Origin: Pedosphaera sp.
Lineage (GTDB): Bacteria; Verrucomicrobiota; Verrucomicrobiia; Limisphaerales; SIBH01
Assembly (NCBI GenBank): GCA_031414955.1
Contig: JANOQV010000230.1
Location: forward strand, 14,332 to 78,331
Direction of reading: 5' to 3'
DNA: 64,000 nt
The translations under genes were made by a program, and so were the position numbers. The notes under the pieces were generated by a model, which worked only from the letters and a program-made list of their open reading frames with translations, did not search any database and was not told the origin of the DNA. Below, one piece after another: positions 33,301-41,658 of this stretch; the first letter of the stretch is position 1; the number at the start of each line of letters is the position of its first letter.

Positions 33301-34539
33301 CACCTGCGTGCGGGCGATGTCGGCGAAATGAAGTTCCAAGGTGGAGTTCGTGCCCGTGGCCGAGAGCGGCCCCCAGGTGCCGCTCGAAGTCACGTCGATG
33401 GTGAAAAAGACATTCTGCTCGAACGTCCCGTGGGCATAAATCCGCCCGCCGCTCTGCGTCACGATCGACGCACCCGGATTCACCAACACCACCGCCCCAT
33501 TGGCCACCTCCAGAGTCACGTTCGTGGGCACGATCACACTGCCGGTCACATGCAGGATGGTACCCGGATTCGAGGCCAGCACGCTGGCCCCCAACGTCCC
33601 GCTGATGGTGGTCCGTGAGGTCTCGCGAATGATGTTCTGAATACGGTTGGAAAGAAGGTTGCCTGCGGAATCCAGGGCCGCGATGAAAAAGCGGCTGTAG
33701 CCCGGAGCCAGCGCCACGGTGTTGGTCCAGGTTCCGGTGGCCGGATTGAAACTGGATTCATTCCCATTGATCGTCACCCGCGTCGCCCCGGCGATGGTGT
33801 TCGAGCCCGAGAGAGTGACCGAGCTGTCCGTGGTGAGCGCATAAATCCCGTTGTTGGGAATGGCCGCTCCATTCGTCGGCGCGCTCACGGAGAGATCCGG
33901 CACCAGGATTAAATCAGAACTATTCAACGTGCCGTTCAATCCCAGGATGGCCAGCGTATGGTCACCAAGATCCAGTCGTGAACCGATGGCGCCAAGATCC
34001 CACGTCACCGCCGGCAGGCCGCTGGAGCCGAGGGAGGATTCGTGATTGGCGGTCGCCAGCGCCGTGTTGGTCGGTTCATTGCCCGCCGCGCCGGGCGCAT
34101 TCGTGCGGCAAAGTTCCACGCCATCGAGATAAGCCACGAAACCGTCGTCCCAATCCATCCGCAGCAACAAGTGCAGATTCGTATCGAAGCTGCTGTCGAC
34201 CGTGAACACATGGCGCATATAGAGCGTGCGATACGAGTTCTGCATGTCATTCAGGATCGTCTTGCAGTTATTCGTCTCCGCCGCCGTGTCGGCGGAATAA
34301 CCAATGCCGCCCGGCCCGGTCAGCCATTGCCCGCCCAGCGACGCATCGGAGCTAGTTTGCCAGCCGAGGACCGGCGCATTAGTCCCCTTGTGATAACGCC
34401 ACACATCACCTCGGTTCACCACGGGAGTGGGCGCGGTCGGCGGTGTCCCCACCTGAACGGTGAGATGCTGGCCGTGGGCCGAGATCAATCCAAGAACGCC
34501 GGCCAAAGCCGGCAACGTCAGACGTGCGATTCGAAACAT
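30316..34539 (-). CDS. Large secreted protein with right-handed parallel beta-helix repeats, FN3-like domain and DxDGDG/C-terminal domain
   Basis: Signal peptide MFRIARL...AHG; beta-helix motifs (GDALDFD, DAVDIG, DKGVSVG, DDCMDLDSTD); DPLFVN...DYRLQAGSPA; FN3-like W.DDS.NE.G..YYYRV; DTDGDGMPDSWE. Confidence 0.8.
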   Translation of the reverse strand: MFRIARLTLPALAGVLGLISAHGQHLTVQVGTPPTAPTPVVNRGDVWRYHKGTNAPVLGWQTSSDASLGGQWLTGPGGIGYSADTAAETNNCKTILNDMQNSYRTLYMRHVFTVDSSFDTNLHLLLRMDWDDGFVAYLDGVELCRTNAPGAAGNEPTNTALATANHESSLGSSGLPAVTWDLGAIGSRLDLGDHTLAILGLNGTLNSSDLILVPDLSVSAPTNGAAIPNNGIYALTTDSSVTLSGSNTIAGATRVTINGNESSFNPATGTWTNTVALAPGYSRFFIAALDSAGNLLSNRIQNIIRETSRTTISGTLGASVLASNPGTILHVTGSVIVPTNVTLEVANGAVVLVNPGASIVTQSGGRIYAHGTFEQNVFFTIDVTSSGTWGPLSATGTNSTLELHFADIARTQVNATTGAYGLIEDTAIHDFDPGAGAGTTGRPIMMSSFASLFEVRRAHIYSYWECLVRDGVIQVEQSMFELLEGDALDFDAAQPGSYTRNCTYRHGNRGNADAVDIGPGVLPGSTDTRIENCIMWDFPFDKGVSVGDGGSSHGIIVSNCLIYACNAGVMSKSLCDVSVRNCTIVGNDSGLTNYNKVNPASPTGGGITTNSYNNIVWNNIAAIGLANGSQLFADYNIFGNTNWPGDGNINVDPLFVNPAARDYRLQAGSPALTGGRDGAKMGITYPLGGIPMPPLAVAVISSGTNAPVVKWTDDSQNEEGVLVHRSTDAVNWAVIAQLPAEATNHVDESAIPGQKYYYRVQHTNYVALSRVSNMASGQRQAPVIYVGGQISVNTIWAAGTTIIVTSSVTVTVGTTLTIEPCAQVLFNQGFSLTVNGLLLAEGTPECRMLFGLNTGATSWGGINLTGGGSTHRIAYADLDSILGKNIDIDNTAAYLRSLWWTNTVDQLVDCVGSSLTLLDSYVPGGETIEPVHFSSMPANGYALIKGNIFGAPTGYSDSVDFTGGNRPGAIVQFIDNVFLAAVDDCMDLDSTDAHIEGNIFLNVHQDAVRSSTANAVSTGEGSGTSELVVVRNIFYNCDHAMLLKDMGSAVFENNTVVTIETNQFSATRAAYVQFGEPHRGVPGGRGIVMNGNILWDLHSTTPFIVFTNGTMFMTANDNIIQGTNMTFGGNSTNNPMFVNWQTGITHLNIKSNLALLPGSPAIGTGPNGLDRGALVPGGASISGEPPSITTSTSAMLKVAGPGMYAYKWKLNNGPWSGEVSLTNDFLITATLFSNAVPISLSGLSNGTYTVSVIGKNSAGFWQGTNSATVSDAWTVVSPVVTDTDGDGMPDSWEDANGTDKLVNDAGDDDDNDGLTNLQEYLAGTDPQSFGSKLALFSFGSAAGEYTFSFQAISNKSYTVQYRNSLSTGSWLRLQDVSLEPVFNRVINVTNTPGLPFRFYQVVTPIAP

Positions 34540-34643
34540 AGAATGGCGGATTGTGGCACAACTCACGAGCACTGACAATCGCGCATCCACGAATGAATGA
34601 ACTGTCACACGGCGGAAGCTGGCGGAGGTCCGGCGCAAGAAAA

Positions 34644-34706
34644 TGGTGGGTTGGCAGGGACTCGAACCCTGGACCAACCCCGAAAAGGTTCGGGGCTGCT
34701 CTAACC
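34644..34706 (-). repeat. Partial tRNA-Lys copy (pseudo-tRNA) with replaced anticodon arm
   Basis: 34644-34677 identical to 34978-35011 (34 bp, variable loop to CCA); upstream GGTTAGAGCAG matches the tRNA D-arm; anticodon arm replaced by GCCCCGAA-CCTT-TTCGGGGT. Confidence 0.9.
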
Positions 34707-34964
34707 ATCCACCGCCTCAGCGCGCTGTTGAAGCAGGAAGATGGCGAGTTGTGGGTTTTTCTTGCGCTTGAGTTCACGCTCCACGGTACGGGCCTCTGAC
34801 AAACTCGCGGTCTCCCAGGAGACGACCAATTCAAGATTCTGACCCAACCGCGCCGTGGTGTGGGTTTGTCCGCGGCGATGTTCCTCCAACCGGCGCGCGA
34901 GGTCGCTCGTCGAGCCGATGTAGTGCCGGCCGGAATCGCCGCGCAAAATATAGACCCAGGCCAT
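34701..34964 (-). CDS. Small stand-alone GIY-YIG nuclease family protein
   Basis: 87 aa; WVYIL...HYIGST.DL.RRL.EH..G, EAR.VERELKRKK; putative catalytic Tyr/Arg/Glu present. Confidence 0.9.
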   Translation of the reverse strand: MAWVYILRGDSGRHYIGSTSDLARRLEEHRRGQTHTTARLGQNLELVVSWETASLSEARTVERELKRKKNPQLAIFLLQQRAEAVDG

Positions 34965-34977
34965 TTGCTGGAAAAAG

Positions 34978-35053
34978 TGGTGGGTTGGCAGGGACTCGAA
35001 CCCTGGACCAATGCCTTAAAAGGGCACTGCTCTACCAACTGAGCTACCAACCC
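34978..35053 (-). tRNA. tRNA-Lys(TTT)
   Basis: 76-nt GGGTTGGTAGCTCAGTTGGTAGAGCAGTGCCCTTTTAAGGCATTGGTCCAGGGTTCGAGTCCCTGCCAACCCACCA; loop CT-TTT-AA. Confidence 0.97.
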
Positions 35054-35068
35054 ATCCGAGGGCCGCGG

Positions 35069-35097
35069 AAGCTAATCGAGAGGTTTTGGGGTCGCAA
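35069..35097 (-). promoter_or_regulatory. Sigma70-type promoter of tRNA-Lys(TTT)
   Basis: TTGCGA-N17-TAGCTT, ending 15 nt upstream of the tRNA, the same distance as for the other tRNA. Confidence 0.55.
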
Positions 35098-35126
35098 GAG
35101 ATATTCCCGGCGCGAATCACGCGCCA

Positions 35127-38100
35127 TCAATCAGCCGCTGCGGTCTCGTCGCTGAAGAGGTAGCGCAGATCGTCCAAGGTCAGGCTCTGGGAGAACTTCT
35201 CCTCGCCCAACACGTCGTCGGCCAGCGCGGACTTGGTCTTCTGCAAGGCGCGGATTTTTTCCTCGATGCTGTCCTTAATCAGGAGCCGGTACGCCATCAC
35301 GTTGCGCGTCTGGCCGATGCGGTGGGTGCGGTCAATGGCCTGGTTCTCGACGGCGGGATTCCACCACGGATCAAAAAGCACGACGTAGCTGGCGGCGGTG
35401 AGGTTGAGACCGAAGCCGCCGGCCTTGAGGGAAATAAGAAACACCGCCGCACCTTCCGCCGCTTGAAACTTCTGCACCAGCTCGCCGCGATTCTCCGTGC
35501 CGCCGGCCAGATAAAACATTGGCCACTTCCGCTTCGTGACCTCGGCGCGCAGAATGTCGAGCATCTCCACGAACTGGGAGAAGACCAGCACCTTGTGGCC
35601 TTCCTCCATGAGCGGCTCGACCTGATCGACCAGCGCCTCCAGCTTGGCGCTGGCCGCCTTCGAGTCGGGCTTCACCAGCCGGGGATGGCAGCAAATCTGC
35701 CGCAGCCGCAGCAACGAAGTGAGGAAGTGGAAGCGTTGCTCGGCCAGTTGCTTCTGGGTCTGCACGCGCAGCAGCATCTGCTGGGCGCGTTTCAGTTCCG
35801 CGCGGTAGAGCGTCTTCTGTTCGCCTTCGATCTCGCAGAACAAATCCTCCTCCACGCGATCGGGCAAATCCTTGGCCACCTGCGACTTGGTGCGGCGCAA
35901 AAGAAACGGACGCACGCGCGCGGCCAGCCGGCGGCGGGCGAACGGATCATCCTTGGCCTCAAACATCTTGGAAAACTGCGCGCGACTGCCGACCGAGCCG
36001 GGCATGGCGAAGGTCATCAGGCTCCACAAATCGGTCAGCCGGTTTTCAATCGGCGTGCCTGAGAGCACGAGCCGGTGCGAGGCCCGCAGGCCGCGCGCGA
36101 TCTGCGCGGTGATGGAACTTGGGTTCTTGATGTACTGGCCCTCATCAAGAATCACCGCCAGCCAGCGTACTTGGATGAGGTTTTCCCCGAGCAGGCGGAG
36201 CTGGTTGTAGTTGATGACGTGCAGATCGGCGGTGGCGAGGTTCTGGGGAAGGTCTTTCGATTCGTTCGCACCCCAGATGCGCACGCGCAGCCCGGTGACG
36301 AATCGCTCCGCCTCCGCGCGCCAGTTATCCATCACGCTCTTGGGGCAGACGACGAGGGAAGTTTGGGGATGAGGTTTGGCGTCCGGGGTCTGGGCTGATT
36401 GCGCGCGCAGATGTTCAAGCCAGGCCAGGGTCTGCAAGGTTTTTCCCAGGCCCATGTCGTCGGCCAGGATGCCGCCGAAACTGTTCGCCGCGAGATAGGC
36501 GAGAAAGTGATAGCCGTCGCGCTGGTAAGGTCGCAACTCGGCGCTGATGGTGGCCGGCACCTCCGGCGTGACGCGCGCCTTGATCTCCCCGGCGCGGCGC
36601 TCGATCTGTTCATACTGCGGCTCGTCGAGAAACTTCTTCGCCGCCTTGTCCGCCAGTTGCAGCGCGTGCAGGCGCTGCGGCTCGGCGGTCAGTTCGCGCG
36701 GATTGAGGCCCAGTTTAGCCAGTTGCTCGTCGTCATCCTCGGTCAGGTTGAACTGCAAACGCTTCCAACCTTTGCCTTCGAGACGGACAAAGGCGCCCCG
36801 CGCGTTCAGCAGCAGCTTCAACTCGTCCTGCGTGAGCGTGGTGTCGTCCACGTCGAGGACCACGCGCAAATCGAACCAGTCGATCTCAGCCTCGGCCTGG
36901 GTCACGTCGAGCCGCACACTGCCGGCCACCGCCTCGGCGGCCAGCGAGGCCAGATCGCCCTTCAACTCCACCTTCACCTGGGGTGGCAAGGACTTGATCC
37001 AGGCCGCAAAGAGCGCGGGAAACTTTTTCGTGACCCGCAGGGTGAACCCGCCGCGATACTGCTCCCACTTCGCTTCCAGGCCCGCCAGCAGGTTGAACGG
37101 ATTGCCCAGCGCGCTGCGGTCGGGGATGACGATGGCCCCGCTCTTCTTTTCTTTCTCGGAAGTCGAGTGACCGCGTTCCCAGGAAAAGCCATTCCAGGTG
37201 TCCTGCACGCGGCCTTGCTCGTCGAGGGCGCGCGGGAGGATGGCGCAGTACTCCGTTTCGGAGCCGGGATAAGTGGGCTTCAAGGCACAAGAAAACTGCA
37301 AGACCATCGGCACAATGCGCACACGCGCGCGCAACCGGGTCGGCATCTCCACTCCGAGCGAATGCAGCAGAGCCACGCCGGCCCGACTTTCAAGCGCCAC
37401 GGCGGGAATCCTGTTCTCAGCCCGCGGATCAAGCACCCCGGCCTGCACCACCGGGCCGCGCAGCACTTCCGTCTCGGTCACGTAAATCGCCGGGCGTCCA
37501 CCCAAAACGCAGAGCATTGGCCCCGCCGGCGTGCCATCCGCCCGGGCCAGACGCATGATGTAATCGCCATTCGCATCCGTCGGCTCGGCCAGATGCCAGC
37601 GCAACGACTCGGCGGGGAACTGGAACGGTTCGCCGCGCGGGTTGACCAGTCGCGAATGCACCGTCGGCAGGCGCACGAGGCGCACCAGCGCGCGCTGGGT
37701 CGTCTCCTCGTAATACTCCAGCCCAAGTCGCGCCCCGTAGAGCAGGCGCTGTTCAAAAATCGGCCAGAGCCATTCCGCCTCGGAGACCAGTTCTGACTCG
37801 CCGGCCTGCAGGCGCCGTTGCAACTCGCGCATCTGGTTTTGTTTCATGGTGGAAAACTCCGCCTGCCCCGGCAGCTTCCACTCCAACTCCGCGCCCTTCT
37901 CGCGCAAGGCCAGCCGCAGATCAACCGACTCGGCCGCCGCGATCTCCGCCGTGAGCTCGGGCGTGTATTTCACCGCCTGGCCCAGCGCGGTCTTCCAACG
38001 GTTAATCTCCTGGGCGCGCTGCCACTGGCTCAACTCCGCTTCGATCTCCGAGAAGTCGGTGACGGGTTGGAGAAACTCGGGGAGGAGCTTGCCGCGACGC

Positions 38101-38720
38101 TGCAACTCGCGCGCGATGTAGAGCCAGAAGCGGCGTAGCGAGACGGGAAAGGCCGGCCAGATTTTCAGCGCATCCCAGCCGTAGCCCCCGATGGGCGTGC
38201 CCAGTTCCTGAAAATCCCACTGAGTGATCACTCCGCGTTGGCGGCACTGGGCGTGAAGTCGTTCCAGCCGCTGGAGAAAACTTTTCTCCCCCGCGACCAG
38301 CTTGCGCTCCAGCGCCGCCGCAACCTGATCGGGAAAAGGCGTTTGGTCATCGCGGACCGGCTTCAGCCGGGGCGGCTCGACCGGTCCCGAGGCCGCCCCC
38401 TCGGACAACGCGCGCACGCTGCCCTGGGTGTGCTCGACCAGCAGCGCCTTGAGCACGGCATAGACGTGTTTGCAGTCGCCCTCCATCGGGCACGAGCAGG
38501 CTTCGTCGAAGACGCCGTCGGCATCCAGGCCCACCGCGACCGTGTATAGTTCCGTGCCCTGCACCTCGGCGAGAAACTCTCCCTCCTCCTCACCGCACCG
38601 CAAATTCCGCACCCGGCCGCCGAGGAAATACTTTTCCCCGCGCGCCCGGGTCGCGGGCGACATTGCGGCCATCTCCTGGCGCACGACCTCGGGGTCGGCG
38701 AGCACAATCGGCAATTCCAT
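35127..38720 (-). CDS. SWIM zinc finger plus SNF2-family helicase/ATPase
   Basis: SWIM CSCP....CKHVYAVL; LRPYQRDG, GILADDMGLGKTLQ, LDEGQYIKN, LSGTPIEN, LVFSQF, SLKAGGFGLNLT, DPWWNPAVENQAIDRTHRIGQ. Confidence 0.95.
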   Translation of the reverse strand: MELPIVLADPEVVRQEMAAMSPATRARGEKYFLGGRVRNLRCGEEEGEFLAEVQGTELYTVAVGLDADGVFDEACSCPMEGDCKHVYAVLKALLVEHTQGSVRALSEGAASGPVEPPRLKPVRDDQTPFPDQVAAALERKLVAGEKSFLQRLERLHAQCRQRGVITQWDFQELGTPIGGYGWDALKIWPAFPVSLRRFWLYIARELQRRGKLLPEFLQPVTDFSEIEAELSQWQRAQEINRWKTALGQAVKYTPELTAEIAAAESVDLRLALREKGAELEWKLPGQAEFSTMKQNQMRELQRRLQAGESELVSEAEWLWPIFEQRLLYGARLGLEYYEETTQRALVRLVRLPTVHSRLVNPRGEPFQFPAESLRWHLAEPTDANGDYIMRLARADGTPAGPMLCVLGGRPAIYVTETEVLRGPVVQAGVLDPRAENRIPAVALESRAGVALLHSLGVEMPTRLRARVRIVPMVLQFSCALKPTYPGSETEYCAILPRALDEQGRVQDTWNGFSWERGHSTSEKEKKSGAIVIPDRSALGNPFNLLAGLEAKWEQYRGGFTLRVTKKFPALFAAWIKSLPPQVKVELKGDLASLAAEAVAGSVRLDVTQAEAEIDWFDLRVVLDVDDTTLTQDELKLLLNARGAFVRLEGKGWKRLQFNLTEDDDEQLAKLGLNPRELTAEPQRLHALQLADKAAKKFLDEPQYEQIERRAGEIKARVTPEVPATISAELRPYQRDGYHFLAYLAANSFGGILADDMGLGKTLQTLAWLEHLRAQSAQTPDAKPHPQTSLVVCPKSVMDNWRAEAERFVTGLRVRIWGANESKDLPQNLATADLHVINYNQLRLLGENLIQVRWLAVILDEGQYIKNPSSITAQIARGLRASHRLVLSGTPIENRLTDLWSLMTFAMPGSVGSRAQFSKMFEAKDDPFARRRLAARVRPFLLRRTKSQVAKDLPDRVEEDLFCEIEGEQKTLYRAELKRAQQMLLRVQTQKQLAEQRFHFLTSLLRLRQICCHPRLVKPDSKAASAKLEALVDQVEPLMEEGHKVLVFSQFVEMLDILRAEVTKRKWPMFYLAGGTENRGELVQKFQAAEGAAVFLISLKAGGFGLNLTAASYVVLFDPWWNPAVENQAIDRTHRIGQTRNVMAYRLLIKDSIEEKIRALQKTKSALADDVLGEEKFSQSLTLDDLRYLFSDETAAAD

Positions 38721-38928
38721 TGGCGCGAGACTCTAGCGGGCGATTGGCGCGCGGCAAGAGGGAGACAATTTTTCCGGACGAAAGCCGGGCACTGCTCGTG
38801 GATCATCCACCGCCGAGAACGACGAAGTCCCCACCACGGCGAGGCGAAATGGGATCGAACGGCAGCCCGGCCTGCCCTGAGGGCACGAAGGGCCGGTTCC
38901 TCCAGGACCGGCCGGGCGGAAGGCAGAG

Positions 38929-41505
38929 TTACTTCTTGGCCGGTTTCACCGGCTGACCCGCCGCCTCCACCTTCTTCCTCAAGCCATCAAGGTCCCGGCG
39001 CAGTTCGCGGTTTTGCTTTTGCAGATCAATCACCTCACGGCGCACGTCGCCGGCTTCGAGCGCGGTCTTGCGCTGGGCGCGGATGGCCTCGAGGGCGCGC
39101 TCGGCGGCGGCGCGTTCCGGTGTGCTCTTGGGCAGCGCGGCGAAGCGGTCGAGGATCGGCACGGCCCGTTCATCGCGCAGAGTGCCGAGCGCGTTGAGCG
39201 CGGCCAGCTTCACGTTCTTGCGCACGTCGTTCACGAATCCCGCCAGGAACTCCCGCACCACCGTCTTGTCCTCCAAGTCTCGTGCGAGGCTGGCCAGCAC
39301 CTCCAACCCCACGGCCAGCGTCCGGCCCGGCAGTTCGCCCTTGCGGCGCTGAAGCGACTCGCGCACCGGCTCCACGTAATAGGAATCATTCTGCGCCCGC
39401 ATGGTGGTCAGGGCCGTCTCGGCCAGGTGCTGCCGCCATGATTCGCCGTTGAGATACTTGAGCAACACGTTCCGGGCATTCGTGCCCGTCGGGGCCAGCG
39501 CGCCCAGCGCCACACCGACGATCTCGGGATTCTTCTCCGTGGCGAGAATGGCCTGCGCCTGGGCAAAGGCTTCCGGTCGATAAAACGCCGTGACGTCCGC
39601 GACCACTTGTTTGCGCACTCGCGCGTCCGGCTGTTTCAACGAAGCCGCCAGCGCCTCGTAGGTCTCGTCGGTGTACATGGCGCGCAAGGCCCTCGAAGCG
39701 GCGGCGCGCACCGCGTAATGCGCATCGCTGTTCAGCGCAGTCTTGAGTTTGGCGATGGCCTCGTGATCGCGGCGCTCGCCCAGTTGCGCGACGGCGAGCA
39801 ACCGCCCGGGCATATCTGACTTGTCCGTGAGTTGCGCCTGGAGCATTGAGCCAGGCGGGCGAAAGTTGATCACCCCGAGCACGCTGACGTTGGGATCGAT
39901 TCGCACCAGCTCCGGCTGCGCCTCCAGCGCGACGGTGAAATCCTCATCGCGCTGCTTCACCACCAGAACGTGATCGACCGCGCCCGATTTGAGTTTGAAA
40001 CGCACCGGCAGCGGGAAGTGGAACAGCGGCACCGACTCGGTTACGGCCTGGGACTGGCGCACGGAGATTTTCGCGGACTTCGTCCGCTCATCCCAACTGT
40101 AGCCCACCTCCACCCGCGGAAAGCCGGTGTGATAAACCCACTGGTCGAAGAACTGGTCGAACGACCGGCCGCTCAACTCCTCCACCACCGCGCGCAAATC
40201 ATCCGTGACCACGCTGCCGAACTTGTGCCGTTCGACATAGGTCTGCACACAACGTCGGAACATTTCCGGCCCGAGCTGGTTCCGCAACATGTTCAACACC
40301 CAGCTTCCCTTGCCATAGGCAAAGCCGTCGAACTGCTCGTTGGCGTCGCCATACTGGCGCCAGACGATTGACTTGTGAATGTTGGGCGAGGCCGTGAGCG
40401 TCTTGCGCCCCTCGATCATCTCGTAGAGAAACTGATCCCGCCCGTCCTTGTGCTCGGTGTAGAGCGAATCGTAGAAGGTCGCGAAGCCCTCGTTCAGCCA
40501 GAGGTGGCTCCAATCCTTGCAGGTGAGCAGATCCCCGAACCACTGATGCGCCAGTTCGTGCGCGATCAGTCCCTGACTGCTGCGCAAGGTCTCGTAGCCC
40601 GGCGGGAACATGGTGTTGATGTTCAAAGTGGTCAGCGAAATGTTCTCCATGCCGCCCCAGTGAAAATCCTGGATGCACACCTGGTCATACTTGTCCCACG
40701 GATAAGGCACGCCGATCTCCCGCTCGAGGAACTCCATGATCGGCAGCGTGTTGGTAAAGGAGTTCATGGCGTGCGTGATCTCCGAGGCTGGCGTCCACCA
40801 GCTCATGGGAATGTCGCGATGCTTCGCCTCGACCGACTTGAGCCGCCCCGCCACGAGCGCCACGAGATAGTTCGCCATCGGCTTGTCCTGGAGCCAGCGC
40901 ACCGCCATCAAGCCATCCGCGCCCTTGTCCTCCGATAGCTTGCGCCCGTTGGCCAGCGCCACGATGCCCTCCGCCACATGGCAGATCACTTCCACCGTGA
41001 ATTTTTCGTTCGGGTAATCATAGGAAGGATACCAGTAGCGCGCCTCGTGCGGCTCGCCCTGCGTCCAGAGGTGCATGTCCTCCTCCGCAAAGCCCAGCTC
41101 CGGCGTGCGGAAGTAAAGCCCCTTCTCCGGCTGCGCGCTGTAACGCACCGTCACGCTCGCCTCTTTGCCGACGGGAATGGGCTGCTCAAAGGTGATGACC
41201 ACTTTGTCGTCCGTGACCTGGTAGCCGAGGATTTTTTCCGTCGCCGTCACCGACGCCACCGTGAGCTCAATGGCGTCCAGCTTCAGCTCCGCAAAGGGCC
41301 GCGCGATGGGCTTGAACCGCCAGGTGGCGCTGCCGGACACGGTGCGCTGTTTGAAATCCGGCGTCACGTCCAAGATAAGATGCGCGATGTCAATCTCGCG
41401 GTCCGGCGCGTACTTGCGGTACCCCGGCGCATCCGGCGCGGCGGCGGGCAGGTCGAAACTCAGAGCGAGCAGCGCCAGCGATAAAACAATGGAAAACATT
41501 TTCAT
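38929..41505 (-). CDS. Secreted M1-family aminopeptidase with C-terminal HEAT repeats
   Basis: GGMEN exopeptidase motif; HELAHQWFG...WLNEGFA zinc motif; YGKG; HEAT-like tail; signal peptide at MKMFSIVL. Confidence 0.93.
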   Translation of the reverse strand: MKMFSIVLSLALLALSFDLPAAAPDAPGYRKYAPDREIDIAHLILDVTPDFKQRTVSGSATWRFKPIARPFAELKLDAIELTVASVTATEKILGYQVTDDKVVITFEQPIPVGKEASVTVRYSAQPEKGLYFRTPELGFAEEDMHLWTQGEPHEARYWYPSYDYPNEKFTVEVICHVAEGIVALANGRKLSEDKGADGLMAVRWLQDKPMANYLVALVAGRLKSVEAKHRDIPMSWWTPASEITHAMNSFTNTLPIMEFLEREIGVPYPWDKYDQVCIQDFHWGGMENISLTTLNINTMFPPGYETLRSSQGLIAHELAHQWFGDLLTCKDWSHLWLNEGFATFYDSLYTEHKDGRDQFLYEMIEGRKTLTASPNIHKSIVWRQYGDANEQFDGFAYGKGSWVLNMLRNQLGPEMFRRCVQTYVERHKFGSVVTDDLRAVVEELSGRSFDQFFDQWVYHTGFPRVEVGYSWDERTKSAKISVRQSQAVTESVPLFHFPLPVRFKLKSGAVDHVLVVKQRDEDFTVALEAQPELVRIDPNVSVLGVINFRPPGSMLQAQLTDKSDMPGRLLAVAQLGERRDHEAIAKLKTALNSDAHYAVRAAASRALRAMYTDETYEALAASLKQPDARVRKQVVADVTAFYRPEAFAQAQAILATEKNPEIVGVALGALAPTGTNARNVLLKYLNGESWRQHLAETALTTMRAQNDSYYVEPVRESLQRRKGELPGRTLAVGLEVLASLARDLEDKTVVREFLAGFVNDVRKNVKLAALNALGTLRDERAVPILDRFAALPKSTPERAAAERALEAIRAQRKTALEAGDVRREVIDLQKQNRELRRDLDGLRKKVEAAGQPVKPAKK

Positions 41506-41658
41506 GGTTCGCGACTGAACCACACCGCCCACGCGGGCGGAAGCGCGGACTTTGCTGATCAGGCCATGAGGTGGAAACAGACGATGCCCCTGCCCTCTGG
41601 GCCATGAAGGCTCACGACCGTGACCCGCGCAAGCTGCCGCCACGGCGCAGGCGAACCT

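Noticed and set aside
34644..35011. tRNA 3' duplication as classical prophage/ICE attL-attR
   Set aside because: No integrase, repeats only 334 bp apart, and homology resumes 5' of the replaced anticodon arm.
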